Shown here one piece after another: positions 50,396 through 60,697 of a stretch of 64,000 nucleotides of DNA. This stretch comes from an uncultured Gemmatimonadaceae bacterium (GTDB lineage: Bacteria > Gemmatimonadota > Gemmatimonadetes > Gemmatimonadales > Gemmatimonadaceae): contig CAWAGQ010000002.1 in the NCBI GenBank assembly GCA_963781585.1, positions 32,001 to 96,000 on the forward strand, in the 5' to 3' direction. The translations under genes and the position numbers were made by a program. Position 1 is the stretch's first letter; every line of letters starts with the position of its first letter. The notes beneath the pieces were generated by a model. The model was not told where the DNA came from. It did no database searches and saw only the letters and a list, made by a program, of their open reading frames with translations.

Positions 50396-51825
50396 TCCTC
50401 GTCCTTCTCATCCTGCTCCCAGCCGCGGCGGCGGTCGCGGCGTACCGGATTCGCAGCCTCGCGCGCAGCGCGATCCTGTTGTTCAGCGTCAGCGGCCTCC
50501 ATGCGCTCCTGACCGGGGCACTCTGGTTTCGCACCGAGGACAGCGCGCTGAACGGCTGGCTCGCTGCCGATCCCCTGGGCCGGATCGTGATTACCGTGGT
50601 GAGCCTGCTCTTCCTGGCTGTCGCGCACTACTCGATCGGGTTCCTGCGCCGCGCCGTCGCCCCGGGTGGGCGCGCGTTCGCGAGTTGCATGCTCACCTTC
50701 CTGGCGGCGTGCTCACTGGTCGCGCTGAGCCATCACCTGGCCCTTCTCTGGATCGGACTCGAAGCGACCACCCTGGCAGTAGCGCCGCTGATCTTCGACC
50801 GGCACGACCGCCGCTCGCTGGAGGCCGTATGGAAGTACCTCGTACTCTCGTCGGTGGGCATCGCGTTTGCCCTGCTCGGTGTGTTCCTGATGGCCACCGC
50901 GCAGTCCTCCGGCGCGGCCGCAGGACGCCCACTCATTCTCGATGACATGATTGCCCATGCCAGCCTGCTCGACGCCGCGTGGCTGCGCATGGCCTTCGTT
51001 TTCATCGCGATCGGTTTCGGGACCAAGATGGGTCTTGCCCCCATGCACGCGTGGAAGCCCGACACGTACGGCGAGGCGCCGAGCCTGGTGGGCGGCCTGA
51101 TGGCCGGCGCGCTCACGACATGCGCGTTCCTCGGCCTTGCTCGGGCGTGCGCCATCTGCTTCGCCGCCGGGCTCGGCCCCTTCGTACGCCCGGTGCTGAT
51201 CGTGTTCGGGCTGGTTTCGCTGCTCATCGCCGCGGCGTTCATTGTCGGACAGGGTGATGCCAAGCGCCTGCTCGCCTATTCGAGCGTGGAGCACATGGGA
51301 CTCCTCGTGCTCGGACTCGGACTGGGCGGCGTGGGCACCTATGGCGCATTGCTTCATTCGGTCAACAACGGCCTCGTGAAGGGCCTGGCCTTTCTGGCCG
51401 TCGGCAATGTGGTGCTCGTCACCGGCACGTCCAGCGCGAGCGACGTTCGCGGACTCCTGCGAACGTTGCCCGCCACCGGCGCCCTGCTCGTGGTGGCGCT
51501 GTTCGCGCTCACCGGCTCGCCTCCGTTCGGTCTGTTCCTGAGCGAGTTCACGATTCTCGGTGCCGCCTTCGGCGGTCCGCATCCATGGATCGGAATGGTG
51601 ACGATCGCGCTTCTGGCCATCAGCTTCGTCGGAATCGGGGGGATGATGCTCGGGATGGTCCTTGGGCAGCCCGACGCCGCGCCGCGCCGCGCGAATGACC
51701 GGGGCCTGTGGCTTGCACCCCTGGTGCTGGGTGGTCTGGTGCTCATGCTCGGCGTGTACGTTCCGCCGCCGCTGGCGCATGCCCTTTCGCGGGCCGCTAC
51801 AGCGTTAGGCGGCCTGGCACCGTGA
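50392..51825 (+). CDS. hyfF: HyfF-like antiporter-type membrane subunit
   Basis: LEAVWKY, GTKMGLAPMHAWKPDTYGEAP, KRLLAYSSVEHMG, PPFGLFLSE. Confidence 0.88.
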   Translation: MILVLLILLPAAAAVAAYRIRSLARSAILLFSVSGLHALLTGALWFRTEDSALNGWLAADPLGRIVITVVSLLFLAVAHYSIGFLRRAVAPGGRAFASCMLTFLAACSLVALSHHLALLWIGLEATTLAVAPLIFDRHDRRSLEAVWKYLVLSSVGIAFALLGVFLMATAQSSGAAAGRPLILDDMIAHASLLDAAWLRMAFVFIAIGFGTKMGLAPMHAWKPDTYGEAPSLVGGLMAGALTTCAFLGLARACAICFAAGLGPFVRPVLIVFGLVSLLIAAAFIVGQGDAKRLLAYSSVEHMGLLVLGLGLGGVGTYGALLHSVNNGLVKGLAFLAVGNVVLVTGTSSASDVRGLLRTLPATGALLVVALFALTGSPPFGLFLSEFTILGAAFGGPHPWIGMVTIALLAISFVGIGGMMLGMVLGQPDAAPRRANDRGLWLAPLVLGGLVLMLGVYVPPPLAHALSRAATALGGLAP

Positions 51826-53333
51826 GCGACGCGGCGCTCCACCCGATCGGCAACCGGCGCACGGTGCGGCTGAGTGACGTACCGGCGCCGCCCGTGGAGC
51901 GCTTCCGCACCATCGTCAGCGATGCCGTGGCAGACGGCGCGCGAATCGTCGCCCTGTTCGGACTTCCGGAAGATCCGGCACGGCTGCGACTCATCGCCGT
52001 CCTGGCCGACGACGAGCGCAATCAGCTCGGCGTTCTCGGCACCGTGGTCGGCGATCGATACCCCGCGCTCACGCCCGACTGTCCACAAGCGTCGCTCTTC
52101 GAGCGGGAGCTCGCCGAGCAGTGTGGTGTCACGCCCGGCGGACATCCCGCCATGAAGCCGGTGCGACGGCATCCGGCGGACCACGCTCCGCCGTCATGGC
52201 CGGTCGGCGCACACTCTCGTGACGACTACCCTTTCTTCGAGCTGACCGGCGAAGAGGTGCATGAAGTGGCCGTGGGACCGGTACATGCCGGCGTCATCGA
52301 GCCGGGCCACTTCCGCTTCCAGGCGCACGGCGAGCAGGTACTGCACCTGGAGATCGTCCTCGGATATCAGCACCGTGGGGTGGAGCCGCTCCTCGAGAGG
52401 CTCCCGCGTGAGAAGGCCATCCTGGTGGCCGAGTCGATCGCCGGAGACATGGTCATCGCACACTCCAGTGCGTGCTGCGGTGCGCTGGAAGCCCTGGCCC
52501 GGAGTCACAAGAGCCCTCGCGCGCAGAGCATCCGGGGCGTCGCACTGGAACTCGAACGCGTCGCCAATCATCTCGGCGACCTTGGCGCCCTCGCCAGCGA
52601 CGTGGCGTACCAGCCCGCGGCGGCGTATTTCGGGCGTCTCCGCGGCGATTGCCTCAATCTCCTCCTGACCATCTCGGGCAACCGCTATGGCCGGGGGCTC
52701 GTCAGGCCGGGTGGGGCGGCCTTCGACCTGACCGACGAGATGGTCGAGGAAATCGATGGGCGGGTGCGCCGCCTGGAAGCCGAAGTCGAACCCGTGGCCG
52801 AACTGTTCTTCAATGCGTCATCGGTGCAGTCACGCCTGGAAGGAGTGGGCGCGGTGACACCAGACCTCTGCCGCCGGCACGGCTTCGTTGGTCCGGTGGC
52901 GCGTGCCTGCGACGTACCGCGGGACGCCCGCCACGATCATCCCTACGGGGTCTTTCGGTTCGCGCAGATTCCCGTCGCCGGCGCCTGGGGTGGCGACGTG
53001 TTGTCTCGCGCTCTGGTACGGCGCCTCGAGATTCGGCGGTCGCTCGAATTCGTCCGCGAGCAGGTGGCATCGCTGCCGCGCGGCGACGTGCGCGTCCCGT
53101 GCGGTCCGCTCGGTCCGGATGAGATGGCGGTGGCGCTCGAGGAGAGCTGGCGGGGCGAGGTGGTCCATGTCGTGCTCACCGACTCCCACGGTCGCGTGCG
53201 CAGGCACAAGGTGATCGACCCCTCGTTCCACAACTGGAGCGCGCTCGCCCTGGCCATGCCGGGAAACGAAATCTCGGACTTTCCCCTGTGCAACAAGAGC
53301 TTCAACCTGTCGTATGCCGGACACGATCTGTGA
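51822..53333 (+). CDS. HyfG/HycE-like large subunit (NuoC+D-like) lacking NiFe-binding cysteines (EhrL-type)
   Basis: GPVHAGVIEPGHFRF and GYQHRG present. AESIAGD replaces RxCGxC; DFPLCNKSFNLSY replaces DPCxxC. Confidence 0.88.
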   Translation: MSDAALHPIGNRRTVRLSDVPAPPVERFRTIVSDAVADGARIVALFGLPEDPARLRLIAVLADDERNQLGVLGTVVGDRYPALTPDCPQASLFERELAEQCGVTPGGHPAMKPVRRHPADHAPPSWPVGAHSRDDYPFFELTGEEVHEVAVGPVHAGVIEPGHFRFQAHGEQVLHLEIVLGYQHRGVEPLLERLPREKAILVAESIAGDMVIAHSSACCGALEALARSHKSPRAQSIRGVALELERVANHLGDLGALASDVAYQPAAAYFGRLRGDCLNLLLTISGNRYGRGLVRPGGAAFDLTDEMVEEIDGRVRRLEAEVEPVAELFFNASSVQSRLEGVGAVTPDLCRRHGFVGPVARACDVPRDARHDHPYGVFRFAQIPVAGAWGGDVLSRALVRRLEIRRSLEFVREQVASLPRGDVRVPCGPLGPDEMAVALEESWRGEVVHVVLTDSHGRVRRHKVIDPSFHNWSALALAMPGNEISDFPLCNKSFNLSYAGHDL

Positions 53334-53344
53334 GCGAACGCTGA

Positions 53345-54112
53345 ATGCTTGACGCGCTGCGCCTGCGGTTGGCCCAGGGGACACGCACCATTGCGTTTCC
53401 CGATGGCAAGCCATCGCTTCCCGCGCGCTACCGGGGTCGTCCCGTGCTCGAGTGCAAGGGCTGTGATGGTCCGCCCTGTCCCGCGGGCGGCGACGTCGTC
53501 CCGTCGGAGCTCGTTCGGAATGACGGCAGCGGGCGCGCGATGCTCGACCTCGGGGCTTGCCTCTTCTCACCCGAGGAGGCCATCGGAAGCGAAACGTGCG
53601 GAATCCGGTTCAGCGGCGACTATCGCATGGCCAGCCGGACGCGCGACGGCCTCGTCACGCCGGATGGCGAACTAGCACTGGCATCAGCCCTCGACCGGCG
53701 CATGCAGTCGCTGCTCGGCCGATCGCTCCGCCTGCGGTCGGTGGTGGCGGGGAGCTGCAACGGGTGCGAGGGGGAACTCACCGCGCTGGGGAACGTGGTG
53801 TTCGACATGGCTCGTTTCGGTGTGCAATTCGTGGCCTCCCCCCGGCACGCCGACGGCATCGTGATCACCGGCGCGGTGAACATCAACATGCGGGATGCGC
53901 TGGAGCGAACCTACCAGGCGGTGCCGGATCCGCGCCTGGTCATCGCCGTCGGCGCATGCGCGGCCAGCGGCGGCCCATTCCGGGAGAGTCCGGAGGTGGC
54001 GGGCGGCGTGCCCGAGACCATCCCCGTGGACTTGTGGATCCCGGGGTGCCCACCCCATCCGCTGACGATTCTGGACGGGTTGCTGCGGCTGCTGGGGCGG
54101 ATCGGGGCTTGA
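53345..54112 (+). CDS. HyfI/NuoB-like Fe-S small subunit with an N-terminal degenerate ferredoxin part
   Basis: GSCNGCE, SPRHAD, GACA, PGCPPHP. Confidence 0.88.
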   Translation: MLDALRLRLAQGTRTIAFPDGKPSLPARYRGRPVLECKGCDGPPCPAGGDVVPSELVRNDGSGRAMLDLGACLFSPEEAIGSETCGIRFSGDYRMASRTRDGLVTPDGELALASALDRRMQSLLGRSLRLRSVVAGSCNGCEGELTALGNVVFDMARFGVQFVASPRHADGIVITGAVNINMRDALERTYQAVPDPRLVIAVGACAASGGPFRESPEVAGGVPETIPVDLWIPGCPPHPLTILDGLLRLLGRIGA

Positions 54113-54177
54113 ACGGGCGCCTGGCTATCGGAAATTGGGGTCAGACTCGAATTCCCGGACGACGGTCGCGGCCGTTG

Positions 54178-54215
54178 GCAGAAGGCTGATCGCTGACAGC
54201 AGAAGGCTGATCGCT
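54178..54215 (+). repeat. Heptamer tandem repeat (GCWGANN)
   Basis: GCAGAAG GCTGATC GCTGACA GCAGAAG GCTGATC; reverse-complement family of the 44247 tract. Confidence 0.75.
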
Positions 54216-54509
54216 TCAGTGTTTCCCGACCTCGTCCATCAGGGCCCGGAGATGCCGCTTCCAGACGTGGGTGGCATAGCGGCGGAAATTGGCCAGACTC
54301 GCCGGCTCGTCCGCCAGGAACTGCGCAACGCGCCGCCGCCCCTTCCTTAGATTGCAGGCTCTACAGGCCGTCACTAAGTTGCCACCCGATCGGTCGCCAC
54401 CGCGGGAGCGCGGCTGAACATGGTCAACCGACAGCTCCTCGGGCGGCAGGACCCGGCCACAGTACACACACCGGTATTCGTCGCGCGCGAAGATCTCGCC
54501 TCGTGTCAT
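54216..54509 (-). CDS. Small HNH endonuclease (McrA-like)
   Basis: RDEYRCVYCG, VDHVQPRSRGG, NLVTACRACNLRK. Confidence 0.9.
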   Translation of the reverse strand: MTRGEIFARDEYRCVYCGRVLPPEELSVDHVQPRSRGGDRSGGNLVTACRACNLRKGRRRVAQFLADEPASLANFRRYATHVWKRHLRALMDEVGKH

Positions 54510-54645
54510 GGAGAATCCGTTGAGTTCGCGCCGTCTGATGATGGGGGCCGCCAAGCGCTACCTTCTTGATGCCCTCGACAAGGACCGCCCCGTGGCCGAC
54601 GACGAACCGCCCCGCCTCACCGCTCGCGCCATAGAGAGAACTCGC

Positions 54646-54828
54646 ATGCCACGGACACGGGAAAAGATTCTCGGCAATCTGGATGAGATGTATCGCGAAG
54701 CCTTCGAGCGCGCCAAGGTGTCCAGTGACGACGCGCAGATGGCCAGCCTCGATTTCGCCTATCGACGCGAGCAGCTGTACTTCGAGATCCTGCTCGACAT
54801 CCGCGACGCGATGGAGCGGCGCTCGTAA
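54646..54828 (+). CDS. Small hypothetical helical protein
   Basis: MPRTREKILGNLDEMYREAF...EILLDIRD; typical codon usage. Confidence 0.65.
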   Translation: MPRTREKILGNLDEMYREAFERAKVSSDDAQMASLDFAYRREQLYFEILLDIRDAMERRS

Positions 54829-54905
54829 CCGTCCGCGCGCGGCCCGGCCGGATTGAGTCGCAGGTCCTCCATCGTCAGGCGCGTTCCGCCTCCCTCCCTC
54901 AGAAC

Positions 54906-56589
54906 ATGCGCCGCCGCGCGGTCTTCGCCGTTCTCGCCCTCATCGCCTGGAACCCAGCCGTGACTGCGGCCCAATCGCCCAGCATCACCCTGGCCGTGGT
55001 GAACGCCCGCGTCTGGACCGGCGATCCCGCGCCGGCCGTGGGCCGACGGCCGTCGCCATCGCCGGCGACCGCATCGCCGCCGTGGGCTCCTCGGCCGAGA
55101 TCCGGAAGCTCGCCGGTCAGGCGCGAACGATAGATGCCGGCGGCCAGTTCGTGGCCCCCGGGTTCATCGACTCCCACGTCCACTTCCTCGAGGGCGGATT
55201 CCGGCTCTCGTCGGTGCAGCTGCGCGACGCCGGCACGCCCGAGGAGTTCGTTCGACGCATCCGGGAATTCGCCGCCACGGTTCCGAAGGGCGCCTGGATC
55301 ACCGGCGGCGACTGGGATCATCAGCGCTGGGGCGGGGAGCTTCCCGAGCGCTCGTGGATCGACACGGTGACCCCCGACAATCCGGTCTGGGTGAATCGCC
55401 TTGATGGCCACATGGCGCTCGCCAATTCCGCCGCGCTGCGCGCGGCAGGCAGTCACGCGCGCCACCGCCGATATCGCGGGCGGCACGATCGTGCGCGACC
55501 CGACCGGCGAGCCCACCGGCATTCTCAAGGACAACGCGCAGAACCTGGTGGAGCGCGTGGTGCCTGCGCCGCCCGCGTCACTGGAGGACCGCGCCCTCGA
55601 TGCGGCGATGGCGTACGTGGCGGCGCAGGGGGTGACGTCGGTGCACCACATGGGCAGCTGGCACGATCTGGCGGTGTTCGAGCGCGCCCATGCCGCCGGC
55701 CGGTTGCGCACGCGGATCTATGCGGCGGTTCCCCTCGCGACCTGGGCGCGGCTCCGCGACACCGTCGCCGCCCGCGGGCGCGGCGACGAGTGGCTGCGCA
55801 TCGGCGCCCTGAAAGGCTTCGTCGACGGATCGTTAGGCTCGCATACCGCGGCCATGTTCGACCCGTTCACCGATGCGCCCACGGACACGCGGGTTGTTCG
55901 TGAATACGCCCGGCGACCTCTACCAGTGGACATCCGGGGCCGACAAGGCCGGTCTCCACGTCATCGTCCACGCCATCGGGGACCGCGCCATCGCCACGCA
56001 GCTCGACATCTACCAGCGCGTCGAGCGCGAGGACGGTCCCCGCGACCGCCGCTTCCGCATCGAGCACGCCCAGCACATCGCCCCGGCCGATTTTCCGCGC
56101 TTCGCCGCGTTGGGCGTGGTGGCGAGCATGCAACCCTACCACGCCATCGACGACGGACGGTGGGCCGAGAAGGTCATCGGTCCCGAGCGGGCGAAGGGGA
56201 CCTACGCCTTCCGCACCCTGCTCGATCGTGGCGCCACGCTCGCGTTCGGCAGCGACTGGTTCGTGGCGCCGCCCACGCCGCTGGACGGCATCTACGCCGC
56301 AGTCACCCGCCGCACCCTCGACGACGCGCACCCCGATGGATGGATTCCGGAGCAGAAGATCACGGTCGAGGACGCGCTCCGCGCGTACACCGCTGGAGGT
56401 GCCTTCGCATCCTTCGAGGAAGCCGGGAAGGGCGTCCTGGCGCCCGGCAAGCTCGCCGATCTGGTCATGATCGACCGCGACCTCACGCGTATCCCATCGG
56501 TGGAGATTCGGAACGCCCATGTGGTCATGACGGTGGTGGGCGGCAGGATCATCTACGAGCGGCCGAAGCAGCCTCGCGAGTCGAATTGA
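54906..56589 (+). CDS. Amidohydrolase family 3 (YtcJ-like), exported; about three frameshifts
   Basis: [57 protein letters not shown] spread across frames. Confidence 0.88.
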
Positions 56590-56661
56590 CACGACGCGCA
56601 CCGGGCCGTTGAATACGCGGGCGGAGACCGTCCCGACCTCCGCCTTCCGCCCTTCGGCCTG

Positions 56662-57468
56662 ATGTCCTCACGATCTCTTCCCGTACTCGAGCGCCGCGGT
56701 TTCGGCGAAACGCTGCGCCGCGACGCCTGGTGGGCGCCCAACATCCCGCCCCAGATCATCCTCACCGCGTTCCTCATCTACGCCACCTGGGCAGCGTTTC
56801 AGAACGCGGACTACACCTTCGGACCGTACCTCTCCCCGTTCTATTCACCCGAGCTGTTCGGCAGCTCGCCCCATGCGTGGTTCGGGCCAAGGCCGGGCGG
56901 ATGGCCCACGTGGCTCCCGTTTTCTCCGGCGCTGATCATCCTTCCCGTGCCCGCCCTCTTCCGCTTCAGCTGCTACTACTACCGCGGCAGCTACTACAAA
57001 GCGTTCTGGCAGGATCCTCCCGCGTGCGCCGTGGGCGAGCCGCGAAAACACTACCGCGGGGAGCGGACCTTTCCGCTCGTGCTGCAGAATTTCCATCGAT
57101 ACGGCCTGCTGCTCTCCGCGATCTTCCTCGTCATCCTCACCTTCGACGCGGCCCACGCCTTCTGGTTCACCGATCCGGTTACCGGTGCCGGGCACTTCGG
57201 CATCGGACTCGGCACGATCATCATGTTCGTCAACGTGATCCTGCTGGCCGGCTACACGTTCGGATGCCACGCCACCCGCCACATCGTGGGTGGCATTGTC
57301 GATGAGGTCTCCCTGTCGCGACCGCGGTGGCTGCTTTATGCCATCTCCAGCGTGTTCAATCGCGCCCACATGAAATGGGCCTGGGTGAGCCTGTTCTCGG
57401 TGGCGCTCACCGATCTCTACATCCGACTCTGCGCCATGGGTGTCCTGAGCGACCTGAGACTGCTCTGA
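56662..57468 (+). CDS. Succinate dehydrogenase membrane anchor, Rv0249c-like
   Basis: YLSPFYSP, CYYYRGSYY, PPACAV, QNFHRY, GCHATRH; five predicted TM helices. Confidence 0.8.
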   Translation: MSSRSLPVLERRGFGETLRRDAWWAPNIPPQIILTAFLIYATWAAFQNADYTFGPYLSPFYSPELFGSSPHAWFGPRPGGWPTWLPFSPALIILPVPALFRFSCYYYRGSYYKAFWQDPPACAVGEPRKHYRGERTFPLVLQNFHRYGLLLSAIFLVILTFDAAHAFWFTDPVTGAGHFGIGLGTIIMFVNVILLAGYTFGCHATRHIVGGIVDEVSLSRPRWLLYAISSVFNRAHMKWAWVSLFSVALTDLYIRLCAMGVLSDLRLL

Positions 57469-59279
57469 TGCCCGACTTCGAGTCGGTCGAACACGATGTG
57501 CTGGTGATCGGGGCGGGGGGAGCGGGACTGCGTGCCGCCATCGCCGCGGCCTCGCACGGTGCGCGGGTCGGGCTGGTGTCGAAATCGCTCCTGGGCAAGG
57601 CCCACACGGTCATGGCCGAGGGCGGAGCGGCGGCCGCGCTCGCCAACGTCGACGATCGCGACAGCTGGCGCGTGCACTTCGCCGACACCATGCGCGGCGG
57701 GCAGTACGTCAACAACTGGCGCATGGCCGAGCTCCACGCCAGGGAAGCACCCGAGCGCGTGCGCGAGCTGGAAGCGTGGGGCGCTCTGTTCGATCGCACC
57801 CCGGACGGCCGCATCCTCCAGCGGAATTTCGGCGGCCACAAGTATCCGCGGCTGGCGCACGTCGGTGACCGGACGGGTCTGGAGATGATCCGCACGCTGC
57901 AGGATCACGTCATCCATCAGGGCATCGACGTCCATATGGAGTGCACCATCGTGTCGCTCCTGAAGGACGGCGATCGGGTGGCCGGCGCGTTCGGATACGA
58001 GCGCGAGCGCGGCCGGTTTCGCCTCTTTCGTGCGGCCGCCGTGGTGCTCGCGACCGGCGGCATCGGCCGCGCATACCGGATCACCAGCAACAGCTGGGAG
58101 TACACGGGGGACGGTCACTCCCTCGCGTATCACGCCGGCGCCGACCTGAAGGACATGGAATTCGTGCAGTTCCATCCCACCGGGATGATCTGGCCGCCGA
58201 GCGTGCGGGGAATCCTGGTGACGGAAGCGGTGCGCGGCGAGGGCGGCGTGCTGCGCAACAGCCAGGGTCGCCGGTTCATGTTCGACGACGTTCCCGAGCT
58301 CTATCGCGCGCAGACGGCGGACAATGAAGAGGAGGGGTGGCGCTACACCCAGGGCGACCGCGCCGCCCGCCGTCCGCCGGAGCTGCTCACCCGCGACCAC
58401 GTGGCCCGGTGCATCCTGCGCGAGGTCCGGGAAGGGCGGGGGAGTCCCCACGGCGGCGTGTTTCTCGACATTGCCTGGATCCGGGAAAGACTGCCTAACG
58501 CCGCCGAGCATATCCGGAAGAAGCTGCCCAGCATGTACCATCAGTTCAAGCAGCTGGCCGACATCGATATCACCACCACGCCCATGGAGATCGGACCTAC
58601 CACCCACTACGTGATGGGCGGCGTGAGCGTCGATGGCGACACCCAGATGTCCACCGTGCCGGGCCTGTTCGCCTGCGGCGAGTGCGCCGCCGGCCTCCAC
58701 GGCGCCAACCGGCTCGGCGGCAACTCCCTGTCCGATCTGCTCGTCTTCGGCAAGCGGGCCGGCGACTACGCGGCGGAATTCGCGAGTGAGCACGGAACCA
58801 CCAGGGTCGACCAGCACGCGGCGGAGCAGGTTGCCGCGGCATCCCTCGCTCCGTTCGAGCGTTCCGGCGGCGAATCGCCGTTCGCCATCCAGCACGATCT
58901 CCAGGTCATGATGCAGGATCTGGTCGGCATCGTGCGGCGCGAGGAGGAGATGCGCCGGGCGCTCGACGGCCTCGCCGCACTGCGGCGCCGTGCCGAGGCC
59001 GCCGGAGTGCCGGGCAACCGGGAGTACAACCCCGGCTGGCACACCGCCCTCGACCTCGCCAACCTGTTCACCGTCTCCGAGGCGATTACCCGCTCCGCCC
59101 TGGCGCGCAAGGAAAGCCGCGGCGGACACTTCCGAGAGGACCATCCCGCGAAGGATCCGAGCTACGGGGTGTTCAACATCATCGTCCGCCGGACGCCCGG
59201 CGGCGCCATGGAGCTCGAGCGCGTGCCCATCCGCGCCATGCCTGACGAGTTGAAGAAAGTGATCGAAGAGGAGCAGTGA
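57468..59279 (+). CDS. sdhA: Succinate dehydrogenase/fumarate reductase flavoprotein
   Basis: GAGGAG, KAHTVMAEGG, QFHPTG, HYVMGG, HGANRLGGNSL, ESRGGH. Confidence 0.93.
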   Translation: MPDFESVEHDVLVIGAGGAGLRAAIAAASHGARVGLVSKSLLGKAHTVMAEGGAAAALANVDDRDSWRVHFADTMRGGQYVNNWRMAELHAREAPERVRELEAWGALFDRTPDGRILQRNFGGHKYPRLAHVGDRTGLEMIRTLQDHVIHQGIDVHMECTIVSLLKDGDRVAGAFGYERERGRFRLFRAAAVVLATGGIGRAYRITSNSWEYTGDGHSLAYHAGADLKDMEFVQFHPTGMIWPPSVRGILVTEAVRGEGGVLRNSQGRRFMFDDVPELYRAQTADNEEEGWRYTQGDRAARRPPELLTRDHVARCILREVREGRGSPHGGVFLDIAWIRERLPNAAEHIRKKLPSMYHQFKQLADIDITTTPMEIGPTTHYVMGGVSVDGDTQMSTVPGLFACGECAAGLHGANRLGGNSLSDLLVFGKRAGDYAAEFASEHGTTRVDQHAAEQVAAASLAPFERSGGESPFAIQHDLQVMMQDLVGIVRREEEMRRALDGLAALRRRAEAAGVPGNREYNPGWHTALDLANLFTVSEAITRSALARKESRGGHFREDHPAKDPSYGVFNIIVRRTPGGAMELERVPIRAMPDELKKVIEEEQ

Positions 59280-60049
59280 TGCCCACGACCACATTTCGCA
59301 TCTGGCGCGGCACCGACGGGGAAGGCGCCTTCGCGAATTACCCCACCGAAATCACCGAGGGGATGGTCGTGCTCGACGCCGTGCATCAGATCCAGGCCGA
59401 ACAGGCCAACGACCTCGCGGTGCGGTGGAACTGCAAGGCCGGGAAGTGTGGCTCGTGCTCCGCCGAGATCAACGGCATGCCGAAACTGATGTGCATGACG
59501 CGGATGAGCGAGCTTCCCGCGGGCGAGCCCGTCACCATCGAGCCGATGCGCGCCTTTCCGCACGTGAAGGATCTGGTGACCGACGTGTCGTGGAACTTCG
59601 AGGTGAAGAAACGCATCCGGAAGTTCGCCCCCAGGCCCCCCGATGCTCCCGACGGCACCTGGCGGATGTTCCAGAAGGACGTCGATCGGGTGCAGGAATT
59701 CCGCAAGTGCATCGAATGCTTCCTCTGCCAGGACGTCTGCCACGTCCTCCGCGATCACCACCAGCACGACGACTTCATCGGACCGCGACACTTTGTCTAC
59801 TCGGCGGCCCTCGAGATGCACCCGCTGGATACGGAGGACCGCATCGGCGACCTGAAGGGGGAACAGGCCATCGGCTACTGCAACATCACGAAGTGCTGTA
59901 CCCGGGTGTGTCCCGAGAACATCACGATCACCGACAACGCGATCATTCCGCTGAAGGAACGCGTGGTCGACGAGTTCTACGATCCCGTGGTGAAACTGGT
60001 TCGGCTGGTACGCGGTAAAGGGAGACGCTCAACAGGACCGGGCAGGTGA
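59279..60049 (+). CDS. sdhB: Succinate dehydrogenase iron-sulfur subunit
   Basis: CKAGKCGSC, CIECFLCQDVC, CNITKCCTRVCP. Confidence 0.93.
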   Translation: MPTTTFRIWRGTDGEGAFANYPTEITEGMVVLDAVHQIQAEQANDLAVRWNCKAGKCGSCSAEINGMPKLMCMTRMSELPAGEPVTIEPMRAFPHVKDLVTDVSWNFEVKKRIRKFAPRPPDAPDGTWRMFQKDVDRVQEFRKCIECFLCQDVCHVLRDHHQHDDFIGPRHFVYSAALEMHPLDTEDRIGDLKGEQAIGYCNITKCCTRVCPENITITDNAIIPLKERVVDEFYDPVVKLVRLVRGKGRRSTGPGR

Positions 60050-60085
60050 GGAATGCAGGAAAGGACGCATCCCTGGAGCCCGGAC

Positions 60086-60120
60086 CTGCCTCTGACCTTT
60101 GGCCTCTGACCCATGACCTT
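60086..60120 (+). repeat. Heptamer tandem repeat (TGRCCNN family)
   Basis: TGACCTT TGGCCTC TGACCCA TGACCTT; contains the ATG at 60113. Confidence 0.7.
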
Positions 60121-60619
60121 CCCCTCGCTCAAACCCATCACCCTGGCCGGCGTCCCCGCCGCGCTGCAGAAGGCCAACCGCTACCGCCTCCTGAACGATT
60201 CGTCCGCCGCGGAGAGCATCTGCCTCGATATTCTCGCGGTCGATCCGAAGAACGCCGAGGCGTTGGTCGCCCTCATTCTCGCCATAACCGATCAGTTCGA
60301 TCACGGGCATGCCGACCAGCAGCGCCGCGCCCGCGACACCGCCGAGCAATTGCGGGATCCGTATGCGCGGGCGTACTACAGCGGGCTCGTCTGCGAACGG
60401 TGGGCGAAGGCCGTTCTGCGACGCGCTGTACCGGGCGCCGGCGAGCTGGCCTATGGATGGATCGAGAAAGCCATGGCGCTCTACGGGGAAGCGGAAAAGA
60501 TCCGGCCCGTTGGCGACGACGATGCCATCCTGCGCTGGAACAGCTGCGTGCGACTCATCCAGTCGGACGCACGGCTGCAGCCGCACGAGGCGCAGTCGTA
60601 CGAGCCGAGTTTCGAGTAG
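60113..60619 (+). CDS. Hypothetical TPR-like helical protein
   Basis: KANRYRLLNDSSAAESICLDIL...DDAILRWNSCVR. Confidence 0.75.
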   Translation: MTFPSLKPITLAGVPAALQKANRYRLLNDSSAAESICLDILAVDPKNAEALVALILAITDQFDHGHADQQRRARDTAEQLRDPYARAYYSGLVCERWAKAVLRRAVPGAGELAYGWIEKAMALYGEAEKIRPVGDDDAILRWNSCVRLIQSDARLQPHEAQSYEPSFE

Positions 60620-60639
60620 CCTCCGCGGGGGCCGCACAA

Positions 60640-60678
60640 AATGAAGACGCCGGCGTCCACCACGCCGGCGTCTTCATT
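60640..60678. terminator. Hairpin between convergent genes (probable bidirectional terminator)
   Basis: 17-bp perfect stem AATGAAGACGCCGGCGT with a 5-nt loop. Confidence 0.8.
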
Positions 60679-60697
60679 CTCCCGGGCTGACGGATCG

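Noticed and set aside
51822..53333. Functional [NiFe] hydrogenase / formate hydrogenlyase
   Set aside because: The Ni-ligating cysteine motifs are missing.
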